From Eledone cirrhosa (lineage: Eukaryota): DNA of 64,000 bases. Below, piece after piece: positions 23,022-36,793 of this stretch (the first letter of the stretch is position 1; every line of letters begins with the position of its first letter). The notes under the pieces were generated by a model. That model saw only the letters and a list, made by a program, of their open reading frames with translations. It did no database searches and was not told where the DNA came from. Location of the stretch: assembly GCA_964016885.1 (NCBI GenBank), contig OZ024740.1:289850001-289914000 (forward strand), given 5' to 3'. Made by a program: the position numbers and the translations under genes.

Positions 23022-23591
23022 GGTCGCTATGGTCACTGCGGCCCGTCTATCGGTCGCTGTCTTCAATTTACAAACCTGTCTGAACGTAATGTTATAACTC
23101 TAGGGTAATATACCCTATTGAGTGCTTAGCTGCACACCGAGATTGCATTCGTTAGCTTGGCTGCAGCCAGAGCTTCGATAATGTTGTACTAAATTTTGTG
23201 TATATATATATATATATATATATATTAACCTGATGCAATTTAAGAATTACTGGTAGAATCCTTCCGGCATGCATGCAATGTCTGTCAACTCAGTTTCGCT
23301 AACAAGGGTTTAGCTAGCTCATATTGGGATCGAACCTGAGAGCACATAATTACCAAGCGAACTTTTACTTATTCCTATAAATTCTCTGTTGACACAAAAA
23401 TGTGCCTAACTTATATTTAATTGTTCTAGTCTTTGTTCGGATTATACATACATCCGTATAAGATTAATGGAGCTTGAGGCCAATTTTTTACCGCCTTTTT
23501 ATTTTTCTGTCATTAACATGCTAAAAGATCAATATGTTAGAATTTGTTTAGCTTGGCTATTTCTGCATTGTCTATCTATCTATCTATCTTT

Positions 23592-24116
23592 CTAATGTCA
23601 TGATCAAACAGCCACCCTCCTTCAAAAACGAAGGAGAGGCGGTTTTCCTTTGTGTGATAGCTATGGCGAAATAGGTTGTATGGTGGACAAGGTTGAAAGG
23701 GCTGAGGTCAGACACCTTTCTCTCCGGCCAACAACTGATTCTTTTTTTCAAATACCACTTTGAAAGGAGAATCAGGATGGAGAGAGAGGTGCTGTACCCC
23801 AGTAAGTTTTATGAAAGGTGGGTGAAAGTGGCGAGAATGGCCCGGGTGAATGGGCCTTCTCTCTATATCAGCCTGTAGGTTGAGGAAAAGGAGGAGGAGA
23901 GGAAGGGAGTACAAACTCTTCGTACTCCTGGAGATGAGGGTTGCACATTTCTTCGAGGGCATGTGTTACCCATATAAACTGTCTCCCTCTATTGGGGAAA
24001 ATCGACTAACTTTTTAAATTCCATCTGTGATAACATTTTACACGTTTTTATTGTATGTAAACTTCCCCCTTTGTATTTGTCCCCTTATTTTGTGCCCCTG
24101 TGGCTAATAAAGAAAT
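23592..24116 (+). mobile_element. 5'-truncated L1/Tx1-like LINE 3' end within (ATCT)n
   Basis: Frame reads MIKQPPSF..VFLCVIAMAK*VVWWTRLKGL...FFKYHFERRIRMERE...KFYERW. A 3' UTR with AATAAA follows, and (CTAT)n lies on both sides. The clade call is by recollection of ORF2 C-termini. Confidence 0.55.
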
Positions 24117-24173
24117 ATATCTATCTATCTTGCTCTCTCCCCCACTCTCTCTCTCTCCATATATATATATATA

Positions 24174-24351
24174 TAGGAAAATGTTCAAGGCCCCGACGGC
24201 AGAGCTCAAGCCGTTTCGACGGTTGTTGAAACGGTTTGAGTTCTGCCGTCAGTGTCTTGAACATTTTCCTACTACCCACTCTACTAACCTCAGTATTTAG
24301 TACTCTGGTGCGTTATGGTCCACCTGGTTCCTTACCACACTTCCTTCGTTA
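24174..24351 (+). mobile_element. Family B copy 5, with a fold-back at 24174-24271
   Basis: TAGGAAAATGTTCAAGGCCCCGACGGCAGAG...TTCTGCCGTCAGTGTCTTGAACATTTTCCTA, then the family B 3' end and (TA)n. Confidence 0.85.
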
Positions 24352-24661
24352 TATATATATATAATAGTTTTGCGAGGTTTTTGATATGAAAATATTGTTA
24401 TACTTGGGGAGGGTCATATTTGTGTAATAATATTGCCAGAATTAATAACAGAATAGCACCACTGACGATGTTGCAGATGTGCAACGAAAGAACTTTGTTA
24501 GACTATATATTTGTGTTTGTGTCTATATTGTATCTGTATTTTTGACCGTTGCTCAGTCAATGGTAACATTGAGGACCGAATAAATTAAATTAACCGATAT
24601 AAAAGACATAGAAGCGAAAACCAACAAAACAGTGGTGCTGTTATTAATTCTGGCAATAAAA

Positions 24662-24796
24662 TCCAGAAATAGCTGTCGAAACGGCTTGAGCTCTACCGTC
24701 AGGGTTAAACATTTTCCTATTACCCACTCTACTACCCCAAGTATTGAGTACTCTGGTACGTTATGGTCCATCTGGTTCTTTACCACACTTCCTTCG

Positions 24797-24799
<3 letters not shown>
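24662..24799 (+). mobile_element. Family B copy 6
   Basis: TCCAGAAATAGCTGTCGAAACGGCTTGAGCTC...CCTTCGTTA(TA)n. Confidence 0.85.
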
Positions 24800-24847
<48 letters not shown>

Positions 24848-25602
24848 CAGGAGGAAGTTTAGTAAAATCGAAGCTTTAGCTGTGGCCAAGCAAAGTCGAC
24901 CTACAATAAGGAATGAGTTAGCAAGGCATTCAATGAGGGTAGGTCCTTAGAGTAATAACATACGTTTAAATAGTTTGACAAATTGAAAATTGCGGTAGGC
25001 AAAACCCAACCACACAATACCAAAGTAACGAAAGAACTAACAGAACTGGACAAAGTGTTTCTATGAATCCGAAATCATCTATCCAACTTACGAAACACGT
25101 AAGCTTGTGGTATTCCATGATCGAACAGGTGATTCATTTCATCAACAGGGATTCCGTTCTACTGCCTCAAACTGGTGTGAACAAACTAAACGCGACCGCT
25201 ACAGTAGACAGCCTTCAAACATTTCGTTCTCACGTGTTATTTCCAACAAGGGAAGTAACCTCCGGTTTTTGGCGGGTAAATTCAAAGTGTTAACAAAGGA
25301 AAGAATCTTTCCGCTCAACATTCCGAGTAAAAGCTCTCAACTAGAATTGTATTAAACAAACACAAATAATTACCCAATTAACAGAATTGTCCAATTAAAT
25401 TAATTAGTTAATTATTAAATCTAGGAGAAAATAATACAAGTGGAAGCTTAGTAAAGTCGACCTACAATAATATATATATATTGTTATACTATGGGAGGGT
25501 CACTCTACCAATAAAAACACGCACTTGTTGGTTTTCATTTCGATTTATTATAAACTTCGGGTCGGTTAGTTCAATAACCGGATGGTTGTTTATTTGTTTA
25601 TT

Positions 25603-25805
25603 TGTTTATTGCCAACGCTCTTTCGTCACACATTCTGTGACCTCTTCAGTGGCTAATTTGCTATTTTGTGTCTCTCCTTTGTTCTGTCCTACAGTGTCTT
25701 GATGGTGTAGGTCAAACAAAAGCGAGACACAATGGAGAGACACAAAAGAACAAAATAATCCCTGAGGAGGTCACAGAATGTGTTACGAAATAGCTTTGAC
25801 AATAT
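25603..25805. repeat. Old fold-back with hammerhead cores in both arms
   Basis: Right arm CTGAGGA-G-GTCACAGAATGTGTTAC-GAAA (25762-25790); left arm, minus strand, CTGAAGA-G-GTCACAGAATGTGTGAC-GAAA (25621-25649). Confidence 0.7.
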
Positions 25806-25858
25806 TTGTTTCAACACGTGTTCTCAGATAAGAAACGTTGCAAATCAAATACAAAACC

Positions 25859-26008
<150 letters not shown>

Positions 26009-26136
26009 TATCATATTATATTATATATATATATATATATGCGTGTGTGTGTAGTGCAAGAGTGTAATGGGAATACACGCTCACACGCACACACGCACAC
26101 ACACGAACAAATATATATATATATAATTATATATAT

Positions 26137-26253
<117 letters not shown>

Positions 26254-26369
26254 TATATATACATTCACACACGCACACATACCCACACATATATGTGTAA
26301 GAAATATATGCATACATGCATACACACACGCATATATAACATAGACAAACACATAAATTCGGAAGAGGA

Positions 26370-27800
26370 CCGCGCTATCACGCACTATCATACACACGCT
26401 CTACAACACACTGGCATATATACACTACCATACACATACCACATACACACACACACAATCTCACACACTATCACATACAAAACGACATACACTACAACAC
26501 ACACATGCATACGCACAGTACCACACATATTACCATATATAAAGTCACACACTCACACACTCACATACTCACATTACGTAATACCGCACATATTAACAAA
26601 CACACTACCACACACATAACTACACGCTATCACATACACAAGCACACGCGCTACCATATACACACCACCACATGTACTACAATATATTCTACCGTACACA
26701 TATTTCTACACGCAGTACCACACACGCTAACACACAGGCTATCACATACACAGTCACACACACTACAAGATACACTACCACACACGCTACCATACAGACA
26801 ATAACATATGCTACCACATATAAAACCACACAAGTGCACAAGCACTATAAATACACACTACCACACACATAAACAGACACACACTTGCGCACACACTACC
26901 AAACACATTGCCACACACAAACACACACACACGCACAACCATACACAACCACACACACAGCCACACACACAAACACACACACACACACTCATACGCTACC
27001 ACATACACACAAACACACCCACACAATCATACGCTACCACACACAGGCACAGGCACACACACAAACACACACACACAATCATACACTACCACATATACAC
27101 ACATGCACACACACAAACACACGCACACAAACATACACTACCACACAGACACAGGCACACACACAAACACACACACACACACACACAATCATACGTTACC
27201 ACACACACACAGGCACACACACACAGCCACACACACACACACTCATTCGCTACCACGCACACAGCCACACACACACACCCAGGCACACACACAGACACAC
27301 AAAACCATACGCTACCACACACACACACAACCATACGCTACCACACACACCCAGGCACACACACAGCCACATACAACCATACGCTACCACACACACACAG
27401 CCACAGCCACACACACACACACAACCATACCCTACCACACACACCCAGGCACACACACAGCCACATACAACCATACGCTACCACACACACACACAACCAT
27501 ACTCTACCACACACACCCAGGCACACACACAGCCACATACAACCATACGCTACCACACACAGGCACATACAAAAACACACACACACAATCATACACTACC
27601 ACACACGCACAGGCACACACACACAGCCACACAACCATAAGCTAACACACACCCAGGCACACACACAACCATACGCTACCACACACACACAGCCACACAA
27701 ACATACGCTACCACACACACACACAACCATACGCTACCACACACACACAACCATACGCTACCACACACACACACCCAACCATGCGCTACCACACACATAC
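26370..27800. repeat. CA-derived minisatellite
   Basis: Recurrent ACAACCATACGCTACCACACACAC / CCCAGGCACACAC modules. Confidence 0.9.
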
Positions 27801-27916
27801 ATATATATAACTCCCTTCCAGCCCCCGACACGACACTAACTAGGGTAGATCAATGACATATATCGGATTTAATCACAGAATATCCTGACAGACGGATACC
27901 GGATTATTGATTTCCA

Positions 27917-30190
27917 GTGGTGGTGGTGGTAGTGGTGGTGATGGTGATGGTGGTAGTGGTGGTGGCAGTGGTGGTGGTGGTGATGGTGGTGTGGTGGTAG
28001 AGGTGGTGGTGGTGGTTGTGGTGGTAGTGGTTGTGGTGGTAGTGGTGGTGGTGGTGGTGGTGGTGGTGGTGGTGATGGTGGTAGTGGTGGTAGAGGTGGT
28101 GGTGGTGGTGGTGGTGGTGGTGGTAGTAGTGGTGGTGGTGTGGTGGTAGATGGTGGTGGTAGGAGTGGTGGTGGTAGTGGTGGTGGTAGTGGTAGTGGTT
28201 GTGGTGGTGGTGGTAGTGGTGGTGGTAGTGGTTGTGGTTGTCGTGGTGGTGGTAGTGGTGGTGGTAGTGGTAGTGGTGGTGGTGGTGGTGGTAGTGGTGG
28301 TAGTGGGAGTGGCGGTGGTGGTGGTGGTGGAAGGTGGCGTTGGTGTTGGTGGTGGTGGGAGTGGTGATAGTAGTGGTGGTGGTGGTGGTGGTGGTGGTGG
28401 TAGTGGTGGTGGTAGTGGTGGTGGTGGTAGTGGTGGTGGTGGTGTTTAGTGGTCGTGGTGGTGGTGGTGGTGGTTGTGGTGGTGGTGGTGGTGGTGGTGG
28501 TGGTGGAGGTGGTTTTGGTTGTGCTGGTGTTTGTGGTGGTGGTTGTGGTGGTGGTGGTGGTTGTGGTGGTGGTGCTTGTGATGGTGGTGGTGGTGCTTGT
28601 GGTAGTGGTGGTGGTGGGAGTGGTGGTGGTAGTGGTGGTGGTCATGGTGTTGGTGGTGGTGGTGGTGGTGGTAGTGGTGGTGGTGGTGGTGGTGGTGTTC
28701 GTGGTGGTGGAGGGTGATGGTGATAGTGGTAGTGGTGGTAGTCGTGGTGGTGGTTGTGGTGGTGGTGGTGGTGATGGTGGTGGTGGTGGAACTGGTGATG
28801 ATGGTGGTAATGGTGGTGGTAGTGGTGATGGAGGCGGTGGTGGAGGCGGTGGTGGTAGTGGTGGTGGTGGTGGTAGTGGTGGTGGGGGTGGTGGGTGTGG
28901 CGGTGACATTGGTGGAGGTTGTGGTAGTGGTGGTGGTGGTGGTGTTTAGTGATCGTGCTGGTGGTGGTGGTGGTGGTTGTGGTGGTGGAGGTGGTGGTGG
29001 TGGTGGAGGTGGTTTTGGTTGTGCTGGTGTTTGTGGTTTTGGTTGTGCTGGTGTTTGTGGTGGTGGTGGTGGTTGTGGTGGTGGTCATGGTGTTGGTGGT
29101 GGTGGTGGTAGTGGTGTTGGTGGTGGTGGTGGTAGTGGTGGTGGTGGTGGTGGTGGTGTTCGTGGTGGTGGATGGTGATGGTGATAGTGATAGTGGTGGT
29201 AGTCGTGGTGGTGGTTGTGGTGGTGGTGGTGGTGATGGTGGTGGTGTTAGTGGTGGTGGTGACGGTGGTGGTGGTGGTGGTGGTGGTGGAACTGGTGATG
29301 ATGGTGGTAATGGTGGTGGTAGTGGTGATGGAGGCGGTGGTGGTAGTGGTGGTGGTGGTGGTGGTAGTGGTGGTGGTGGCGGTGGTGGTAGTGGTGGTGG
29401 GGGTGGTGGGGGTGGCGGTAATGTTGGTGGAGGTTGTGGTAGTGGTGGGTTTTTTTGGTGGTGGTGGTGGTGGTTGTGGTGGTGGTTGGGATGGTGATGG
29501 GGTGGTGAGGTGGCGCTAACGGTGGTGGAAGTGGTGGTAGTGGTGGTGGTTTTGGTGGCGGTGGTGCGGTTGTGGTGGTGGTGGTGGTGGTGAAGGTGGT
29601 GGTGGTGGTGGTGGATGTTGGTGGTGGTGGTGGTATTTGTGCTGGTGGTGGTGGGGGTGGGGGTGATGGTGGTAGTTGTGGTAGTATTGCGGTGCTGGTG
29701 GTGGTGGTGGTTGTGATGCTGTTGGTGGTTGTGGTGGTGGTGGTGGTGGTATTGGCGGGGGTAGTGGTGGTGGTGCCGGTGGTAGTGGTGGTGGTTGTGG
29801 TGGTGGTAATGGTGGTCGTGGTGCTGGTAGTGGTGCTGGTAGTGGTTGTGTTAGTGGTGGTGGTGGTGGTGGTAATGGTTGTGGTGATGGTCCTGGTGGT
29901 GGTGGTGGTAGTGGTGGAACTAGTGGTGGTGGTGGTGGTGGTGATGATGGGGTTTGATGGTCGTGGTAGTGGTGATGTTGGTGGGTGTTGTAGTGGTGTC
30001 GATTGTGCTGGTGGAGATAGTGGTGATGCTGGTGGTGGAAGTATTGGTGGTTAAGGTGGTGTTGATGGTGATGATGGTGGTGGTGGTGGATTTGGATTTG
30101 GTGATGATGGTGTTGTTATTAATGGTGGTGGTGATCGTGTTGGTGTTGTTCATGGTGGTGGTGTTGGTGGCTGTTATTGTTGATGGATGA
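27917..30190. repeat. Degenerate (GGT)n microsatellite with an internal ~500-bp duplication
   Basis: GGT runs; the marker GGAACTGGTGATGATGG occurs at ~28788 and ~29288. Confidence 0.95.
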
Positions 30191-33100
30191 GGTGTTTGTA
30201 GTTGTTGATGGTGGAGGTGTTGGTGGCTGTTGTTGATGGTGGAGGCGTTGGTCGCTGTTGTTGAGGGTGGAGGTGTTGGTAGCTGTTGTTGATGGAGGAG
30301 GTGTTGGTAACTGTTGTTGTTGATGGTGGAGGTGTTGGTGGCTATTGTTGCGGGTGGAGGTGTTGGTAGCTGTTGTTGATGGAGGAGGTGTTTGTAGCTG
30401 TTGTTGTTGATGGTGGAGGTGTTGCTGACTGTTGTTGATGGTGGAGGCGTTGGTCGCAGTTGTTGACGGTGGTGGTGTTGGTTATTGTTGTTGATGGTGG
30501 AGGTGTTGGTGGCTGTTGTTGATGGTGGTGGTGTTGGTGGCTGTTGTTGATGGTGGAGGTGTTGGTGGCTGTTGTTGAGGGGGCAGGTGTTGGTGGCTGT
30601 TGTTGATGGTGGAGGTGTTGGTGGCTGTTGTTGAGGGTGGAGGTGTTGGTGGCTGTTGTTGAGGGTGGAGGTGTTGGTAGCTGTTGTTGATGGTGGAGGT
30701 GTTGGTGTCTGTTGTTGATGGTGGAGGCATTGTTCGCTGTTGTAGAGGGTGGTGGTGTTGGTTATTGTTGTTGATGGTGGAGGTGTTGGTGGCTGTTGTT
30801 GCTGGTGGATGTGTTGCTGGCTGTTGTTGATGGTGGAGGCATTGGTCGCTGGTGTTGAGGGTGGAGGTGTTGCTGGCTGTTGTTGATGGTGGAGGCATTG
30901 GTCGCTGGTGTTGAGGGTGGAGGTGTTGCTGGCTGTTGTTGATGGTGGAGGCGTTGGTCGCAGTTGTTGACGGTGGTGGTGTTGGTTATTGTTGTTGATG
31001 GTGGAGGTGTTGGTGGCTGTTGTTGTTGATAGAGGAGGTGATGGTGGCTGTTGTTGATGGTGGTGGAGGTGTTGGGAGCTGTTGTTGTTGGAGGAGGTGT
31101 TGGTGGCTGTAGTTGTTGATGGTGGAGGTGTTGGTAGCTGTTGTTGTTGATGGTGGAGGTGTTGGTGGCTGTTGTTGATGGTGGAGGTGTTGGTAGTTGT
31201 TGTTGATGGCGGTCAAGGTGTCGGTGGTTGTTGTTGATGTTGGAGGTGGTGGTGGCTGTTGTTCATTATGTAGGTGTTGGTGGGTGTTGTTGATGGAGGA
31301 GGTGTCAGTGGCCGTTGTTGATGGAGGAGGTGTTGCTAGCTGTTGTTGATGGTGGAGGTCTTGGTAGCTGTTGTTGATGGTGGAGGTGTTGGTAGCTGTT
31401 CTTGATGGAGGAGGTGTTGGTAGCTGTTGTTGTTGATGGTGGAGGTGTTGGTAGATGTTGTTGTTGATGGTGGAGATGTTGGTAGCTGTTGTTGATGGAG
31501 GAGGTGTTGGTAGCTGTTGTTGTTGATGGTGGTGGTGCTGGTAGCTGTTGTTGATGGAGGAGGTGTTAGTAGCTGTTGTTGTTGATGGTGGAGGTGTTGG
31601 TGGCTGTTGTTGACGGTGGAGATGTTGGTCGCTGTTGTTGTTGATGGCGGATGTGTTTGTTGCTGTCGGTGATAGTGGTGGAGGTGTTGGTGGGAGTTGT
31701 TGGAGGTGGAGGTGTTGGTGGATGATTTTGTTGATGCTGGAGGTCTTGGTGGCTGATGTTGATGATGGCGGTGTTGGTGTCTGTTGTTGATGATGGTGGT
31801 GTAGGTGGCTGTTGTTGATGGTGGAGGTGTTGGTGGGTGTTGTTGATGGTGGAGGTGTTGGTGTTTGTTGTTGATGGTGGTGGTGTTGGTGGCTGTTGTT
31901 GATGGTGGAGGTGTTAGTTGCTGTTGTTGATGGTGGAGGTGTTGGTGGCTTTTGTTGATGGTGGAGGTGTTGATGGCTGTTCTTGATGGTGGAGGTGTTG
32001 GTGGCTGTTGTGGGTGATGGTGGAGGTGTTGGTGGCTGTTGTTGGTGATGGTGGTGTTGTTGGTGGCTGTTGTTGATGGAAAAGGTGTTGGTAGCAGTGG
32101 TTTTTGATGGTGGAGGTGTTAGTTGCTGTTGTTGATGGTAGAGGTGTTGGTGGCTTTTGTTGATGGTGGGGGTGTTGGTGGCTTTTGTTGATGGTGGAGG
32201 TGTATGTGGATGTTGTTCATGGTGGAGGTGTTGGTGGCTGTTGTTGATTATGGAGGTGTTGTTAGCTGTTGTTGATGATAGTGGAGATGTCAGTGGCCGT
32301 TGTTGATGGTGGAGGTGTTGGTAGCTGTTGTTGATGGAGGAGGTGTTGGTAGCTGTTGTTGATGGAGGATGTGTTGGTAGCTGTTGTTGTTGATGGTGGA
32401 GGTGTTGGTGGCAGTTGTTGATGGAGGAGGTGTTGGTAGCTGTTGATGATAGTGGAGGTGTCAGTGGCCGTTGTTGATGGTGGAGGTGTTACTGCCTGTT
32501 GTTGATGGAGGAGGTGTTGGTAGCTGTTGTTGTTGATGGTGGAGGTGTTGGTGGCTGTTGTTGATGGTGGTGGTGTTGGTGGTTTTTATTGATGGTGGAG
32601 GTGTAGGTGTTTGTTGTTGACGGTGGAGATGTTGGTCGCTGTTGTTGTTGATGGTGGAGGTGTTTGTGGCTGGCGGTGATGGTGGTGGAGGTGTTGGTGG
32701 GAATTGTTGGTGGTGGAGGTTTTGGTGGATGGTTTTGCTGATGATGGAGATGTTGGTGGTTGTTGTTGTTTTATGGTGGAGGTGTTGGTCGCTGTTGTTG
32801 TTGATGGTGGAGGTGTTGGTAGCTGTTGTTGTTGATGGTGGAGGTGTTGGTCGCTGTTGTTGTTGATGGTGGAGGTGTTGGTAGCTGTTGTTGTTGATGG
32901 TGGAGGTGTTGGTAGCTGTTGTTGATGGTGGAGGTGTTGGTGTCTGTTGATGATGTTGGCGGTGTTGGTGTCTGTTGTTGATGGTGGTGGTGTTGCTGGC
33001 TGTTGTTGATGGTGGAGGTGATGGTGTCTGTTGATGATGGTGGTGGTGTTGGTGGCTGTTGTTGATGGTGGAAGTGTTGGTGTCTGTTGTTGATGGTGGT

Positions 33101-33950
33101 GGTGTTGGTGGCTGTTGTTGATGGTGGTGGAGGTTTTGGTGGATGATTTTGCTGATGATGGAGATGTTGGTCTTTGTTGTTGTTGTTGATGGTGGAGGTG
33201 TTGGTCGCTGTTGTTTTTGATGGCGGAGGTGTTGGTTGCTGTTGTTGTTGATGGTGGAGGTGTTGGTAGCTGTTGTTGTTGATGGTGGAGGTGTTGGTAG
33301 CTGTTGTTGTTGATGGTGGACGTGTTGGTGTTTGTTGCTGTTGATGATGGAGGTGTTGGTGTTTGTTGTTGTTGACGGTGGAGGTGTTGGTGGCTTTTGT
33401 TGATGGTGGAGGTGTTGGTGGCTTTTGTTGTTGATGCTGGAGGTGTTGGTGGCTGCTGTTGATGGTGGTGGTGTTGGTGGCTGCTGTTGATGGTGGAGGT
33501 GTTGGTGGCTGTTGTTGATGGTGGTGGTGCTAGTGGCTGTTTTTGATGGTGGTGGTGTTGGTGGCTGTTGTTGATGGTGGTGGTGTTGGTGGTTGTTGTT
33601 GTTGATGCTGGAGGTGTTGGTGTCTGATGTTGATGGTGGTGGTGTTGGTGGCTGTTTTTGATGGTGGTGGTGTTGGTGGCTGTTGTTGATGGCGGTGGTG
33701 TTGGTGGCTGTTGTTGTTGATGCTGGAGGTGTTGGTGTCTGTTGTTGATGGTGGTGGAGGTGTTGGTGGCTGTTGTTGATGGTGGAGGATTTGGTGGAAG
33801 TTGTTGATGTTGCAGGTGTTGGTGGCTGTTGTTGATGGTGGTGATGGTGTTTGTGGTTGTTGTTGTTGATGGTGGAGGTGTTGGTGTCTGTTGTTGTTGA
33901 TGTTGGAGGTGTAGGTGTTGTTGTTAATGGTGGAGGTGTTGGTGGCTGTA
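30190..33950. repeat. ~27-30-bp minisatellite (GATGGTGGAGGTGTTGGTGGCTGTTGTT-like)
   Basis: Direct periodicity with diverged units. Confidence 0.93.
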
Positions 33951-35329
33951 GCCTCTACATTTGTTGTTAAAGGCTGTTTTTTTATGTTAGTAGCAGTGAT
34001 GTTAGATTTAGTAGCAATGGTGGTGGTGATGGTATTGCTTGTTATTTCTGTTCGTGCTGGTAGTAGTTAGTATTAGGGGAGTGGTGCTGGTAGAGGCTAT
34101 GGCTACTCTTACTGGTAGCGTTGTTTTTGTTGCTGCTGGTGTTGATGGCTGCAATTTTGGCAGTGACATTCTTTTTGTTAGTGGTTGTGACAGCAGTGAT
34201 GTAGTGGTATGACGGCAGTGGTATAATGGTAAGGTTTGGCAATGACGGGTGGTGTTCTGGTGGTAGCGGAAATGATGGCAGAACTTAATGATATACTTGA
34301 TGGCAGTGGTGGCCTTAGTGGTGGTTTTAGGTGGTGTGCATTTGTTTTCGTTTAACACTAGATCAATTCTGACCGAGAAGACGTATGATGAAAGGCATTC
34401 CAGCTGTGACTATTCCGTTTGTTTCATATAGGAATCGATCTTAGGACTACAAGTAGGGTGATATTTGAGGGTGATTTGGTTACTATTAGAATATGGTGTG
34501 GTTACGTAGAATACTACTCGTTGACTAATGGCTCATGTAATGGTGGTATATGGCTTTTGTTAAACCCAAGATTAGCTTTCATTAAACAGAATTATGTTCA
34601 AATAGCGTTCCAGCCGTGACTAACCCGTCATTTTACTATGCGCAGGGAACTCTGGACCAATTTGTTCAACGTATCTTGTTTTAAAGCGTAATTCGAGGGA
34701 GATTAGGTGATTATTTTAATCAAATCTAATCACCATGTAGAGGCTCTCAAGGTGGCTCACGCTGTATATATGTCTGTATGGGGTGGGGGTGGGGTGGGGG
34801 TATGATTAATTTTGTTGTTTAACCTAGAGTTCTGTCTCATAGATCAAACGATATTCTAGCCGCCAATTATATACCATAATATATAAATATTTAAAGCTAA
34901 AAACACCTGCTTGTAGCATGACACCAAATATTCGATAAAAACACAGAACCTTTATGCGGCCTGTCATATATCAATAGAAAAAAACTAACCAATTGTCTGA
35001 TCGGACCAAGAAAACAATGTTTTTACTTATCTTTCCATTACAGACTTTATCTGCCATTAGCAACTCCTATCAGAAGTAAGGGAGATTTGAACTCTGTACA
35101 CATATAACTGGGTCAGGTACTGCAAAATATCCTGTCCAACTCATTAACGGTTTCGTTGATCCATCGCCCTTAGAGTGTTATTTTATTTATTGACTCCGAA
35201 AGGCAGGTCCAGTGCAACCTACACGATAAAGTGGGAAGCGTTCGTGGATAAGGAAGTCATGATCAGATATGCAGATACTATTGCATCCAATTTTAGAGAA
35301 CTCCTTGAGCTAACTGAGGACTTTGAGAT

Positions 35330-36793
35330 AGAGTGGAGTTGCTCAGCACAACAGTTTCTGCTTCAGTTGTTAAATACTACGGACAAAAGACGTTTGGTGG
35401 GGCACCAGATGGCAGGAGGATCCCTTGGTTAAATCAAGAGATCAAAGATGACATCCTAGCAAGGAAGGAGACCTATAAAGCTTGGCTTACTTGCTGAACA
35501 AGCAGGCACGAAGAACTAAAGCAAAGAGAGTAAAGGTGTCCAAGGTTAAAACATGGGAGGACTTTGGGTGAAGCTGGAATCCGACGTCAGATCAGCAAAT
35601 AAAGTGTTCTGGCAGACCATTCACTGACTATGTAATAAGAAGTCCCCCTTCATACCTGCTACAGGAACGTGTTTGGGGCTCTCCACTCTTCAGAGAGCTG
35701 CATCTTCGCGAGGGGGGAGAGAATACTTTGCTGATCTCCTAAACCCGAACATAACAGTATCTCCTGATGTACATATGGTACATCTGGGAGGCTGAGGTCA
35801 CAAGAGCAGTTAAAGAGCTCAAATGTGGCACGGCCGCTGGGGAAGATGAAATCTGGCCCTAGATGTTAAAAGCCTTAAATAGAGGAGGTATTTGGCTGAC
35901 TCGTGTGTGCCGGGTGGCCTGGATCTCTTGAAAGGTACCTAAACAATGGCAATCGGAAGTGATAATCCCAATTTTCAAAAAGGGAGACAAGAGAGATTGT
36001 TCCAATTACAGAGGGATCTCCTTGTTAAGCCCCTCCTCCAGTAAAGTCTATGATAAGTGTCTGGCAAAGGGATGTATGGAAATGATCGAGTCCAAGCTTG
36101 CTGATAAACAGTGCAGTTTTCGACGGTCAGTTTCTTGCTGCCTTGATGTCTGTATAGGAATGCCCAAGTATTTGTGTTCAGATAAATGGTGCTAAATCAA
36201 AGCCGTTCAATGTGGGGGTCGGACTCCACCAAGAGGGAATACTGTCCCTCCTCTTGTTCATTATTTTCATGAACAGGATTGATATGTGCAGCCGGGTTGG
36301 AAGTGATATCACGACTGGTGGATGTAAAATCAGTCGGTAGGAATTTGCTGACGACATGGTATTACTTAACTCGACAGAAGGTATTCTCTGACTTGGACTT
36401 GATAGGCTTGATGCCAGATGCTGCATGGTTGGAATGAAAATCAGTGCTACGAAAACTGAGATACTCATCCTCTCAAAGAAGCCTTCGCAGTGCACTCTAC
36501 ATGTAAATGGAGTTCTACTGAAGCAGGTGGAGAAGTCCAAGTATCTCGGGACCATGTTCACGAATGACGGGCGGCAGGAGGCTGAAGTAAGTGCAAGAAT
36601 TGCAGGATATGGTAATCAGAAGAAGGGAAGTAGGTATAAAAGCAAAAATAACTATATTAAATTTAGTAATCGGGCCAACTCTTACCGAATTGAGAGAACA
36701 CAGCTCAGATATTACGGACATGTGGTTATAACGTATCAGGAAAGAATCACTGGACAGGTGTTATGGGCAAGAAGAAGAAGAAGAAGAAGAAGA
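35330..36793 (+). pseudogene. Decayed RTE-clade (Rex3/Expander-like) LINE reverse transcriptase
   Basis: LKCGTAAGEDEI, IIPIFKKGDKRDCSNYRGISLLS, GLHQEGILSLLLF, EFADD, GMKISATKTE, KYLG and QLRYYGHV, with stops, frameshifts and deletions. It ends at (AAG)n. Confidence 0.88.

Noticed and set aside
27869-30898. Pro/Thr/His/Gly-rich (extensin- or formin-like) ORFs
   Set aside because: They are (GGT)n translations with no flanking coding context.
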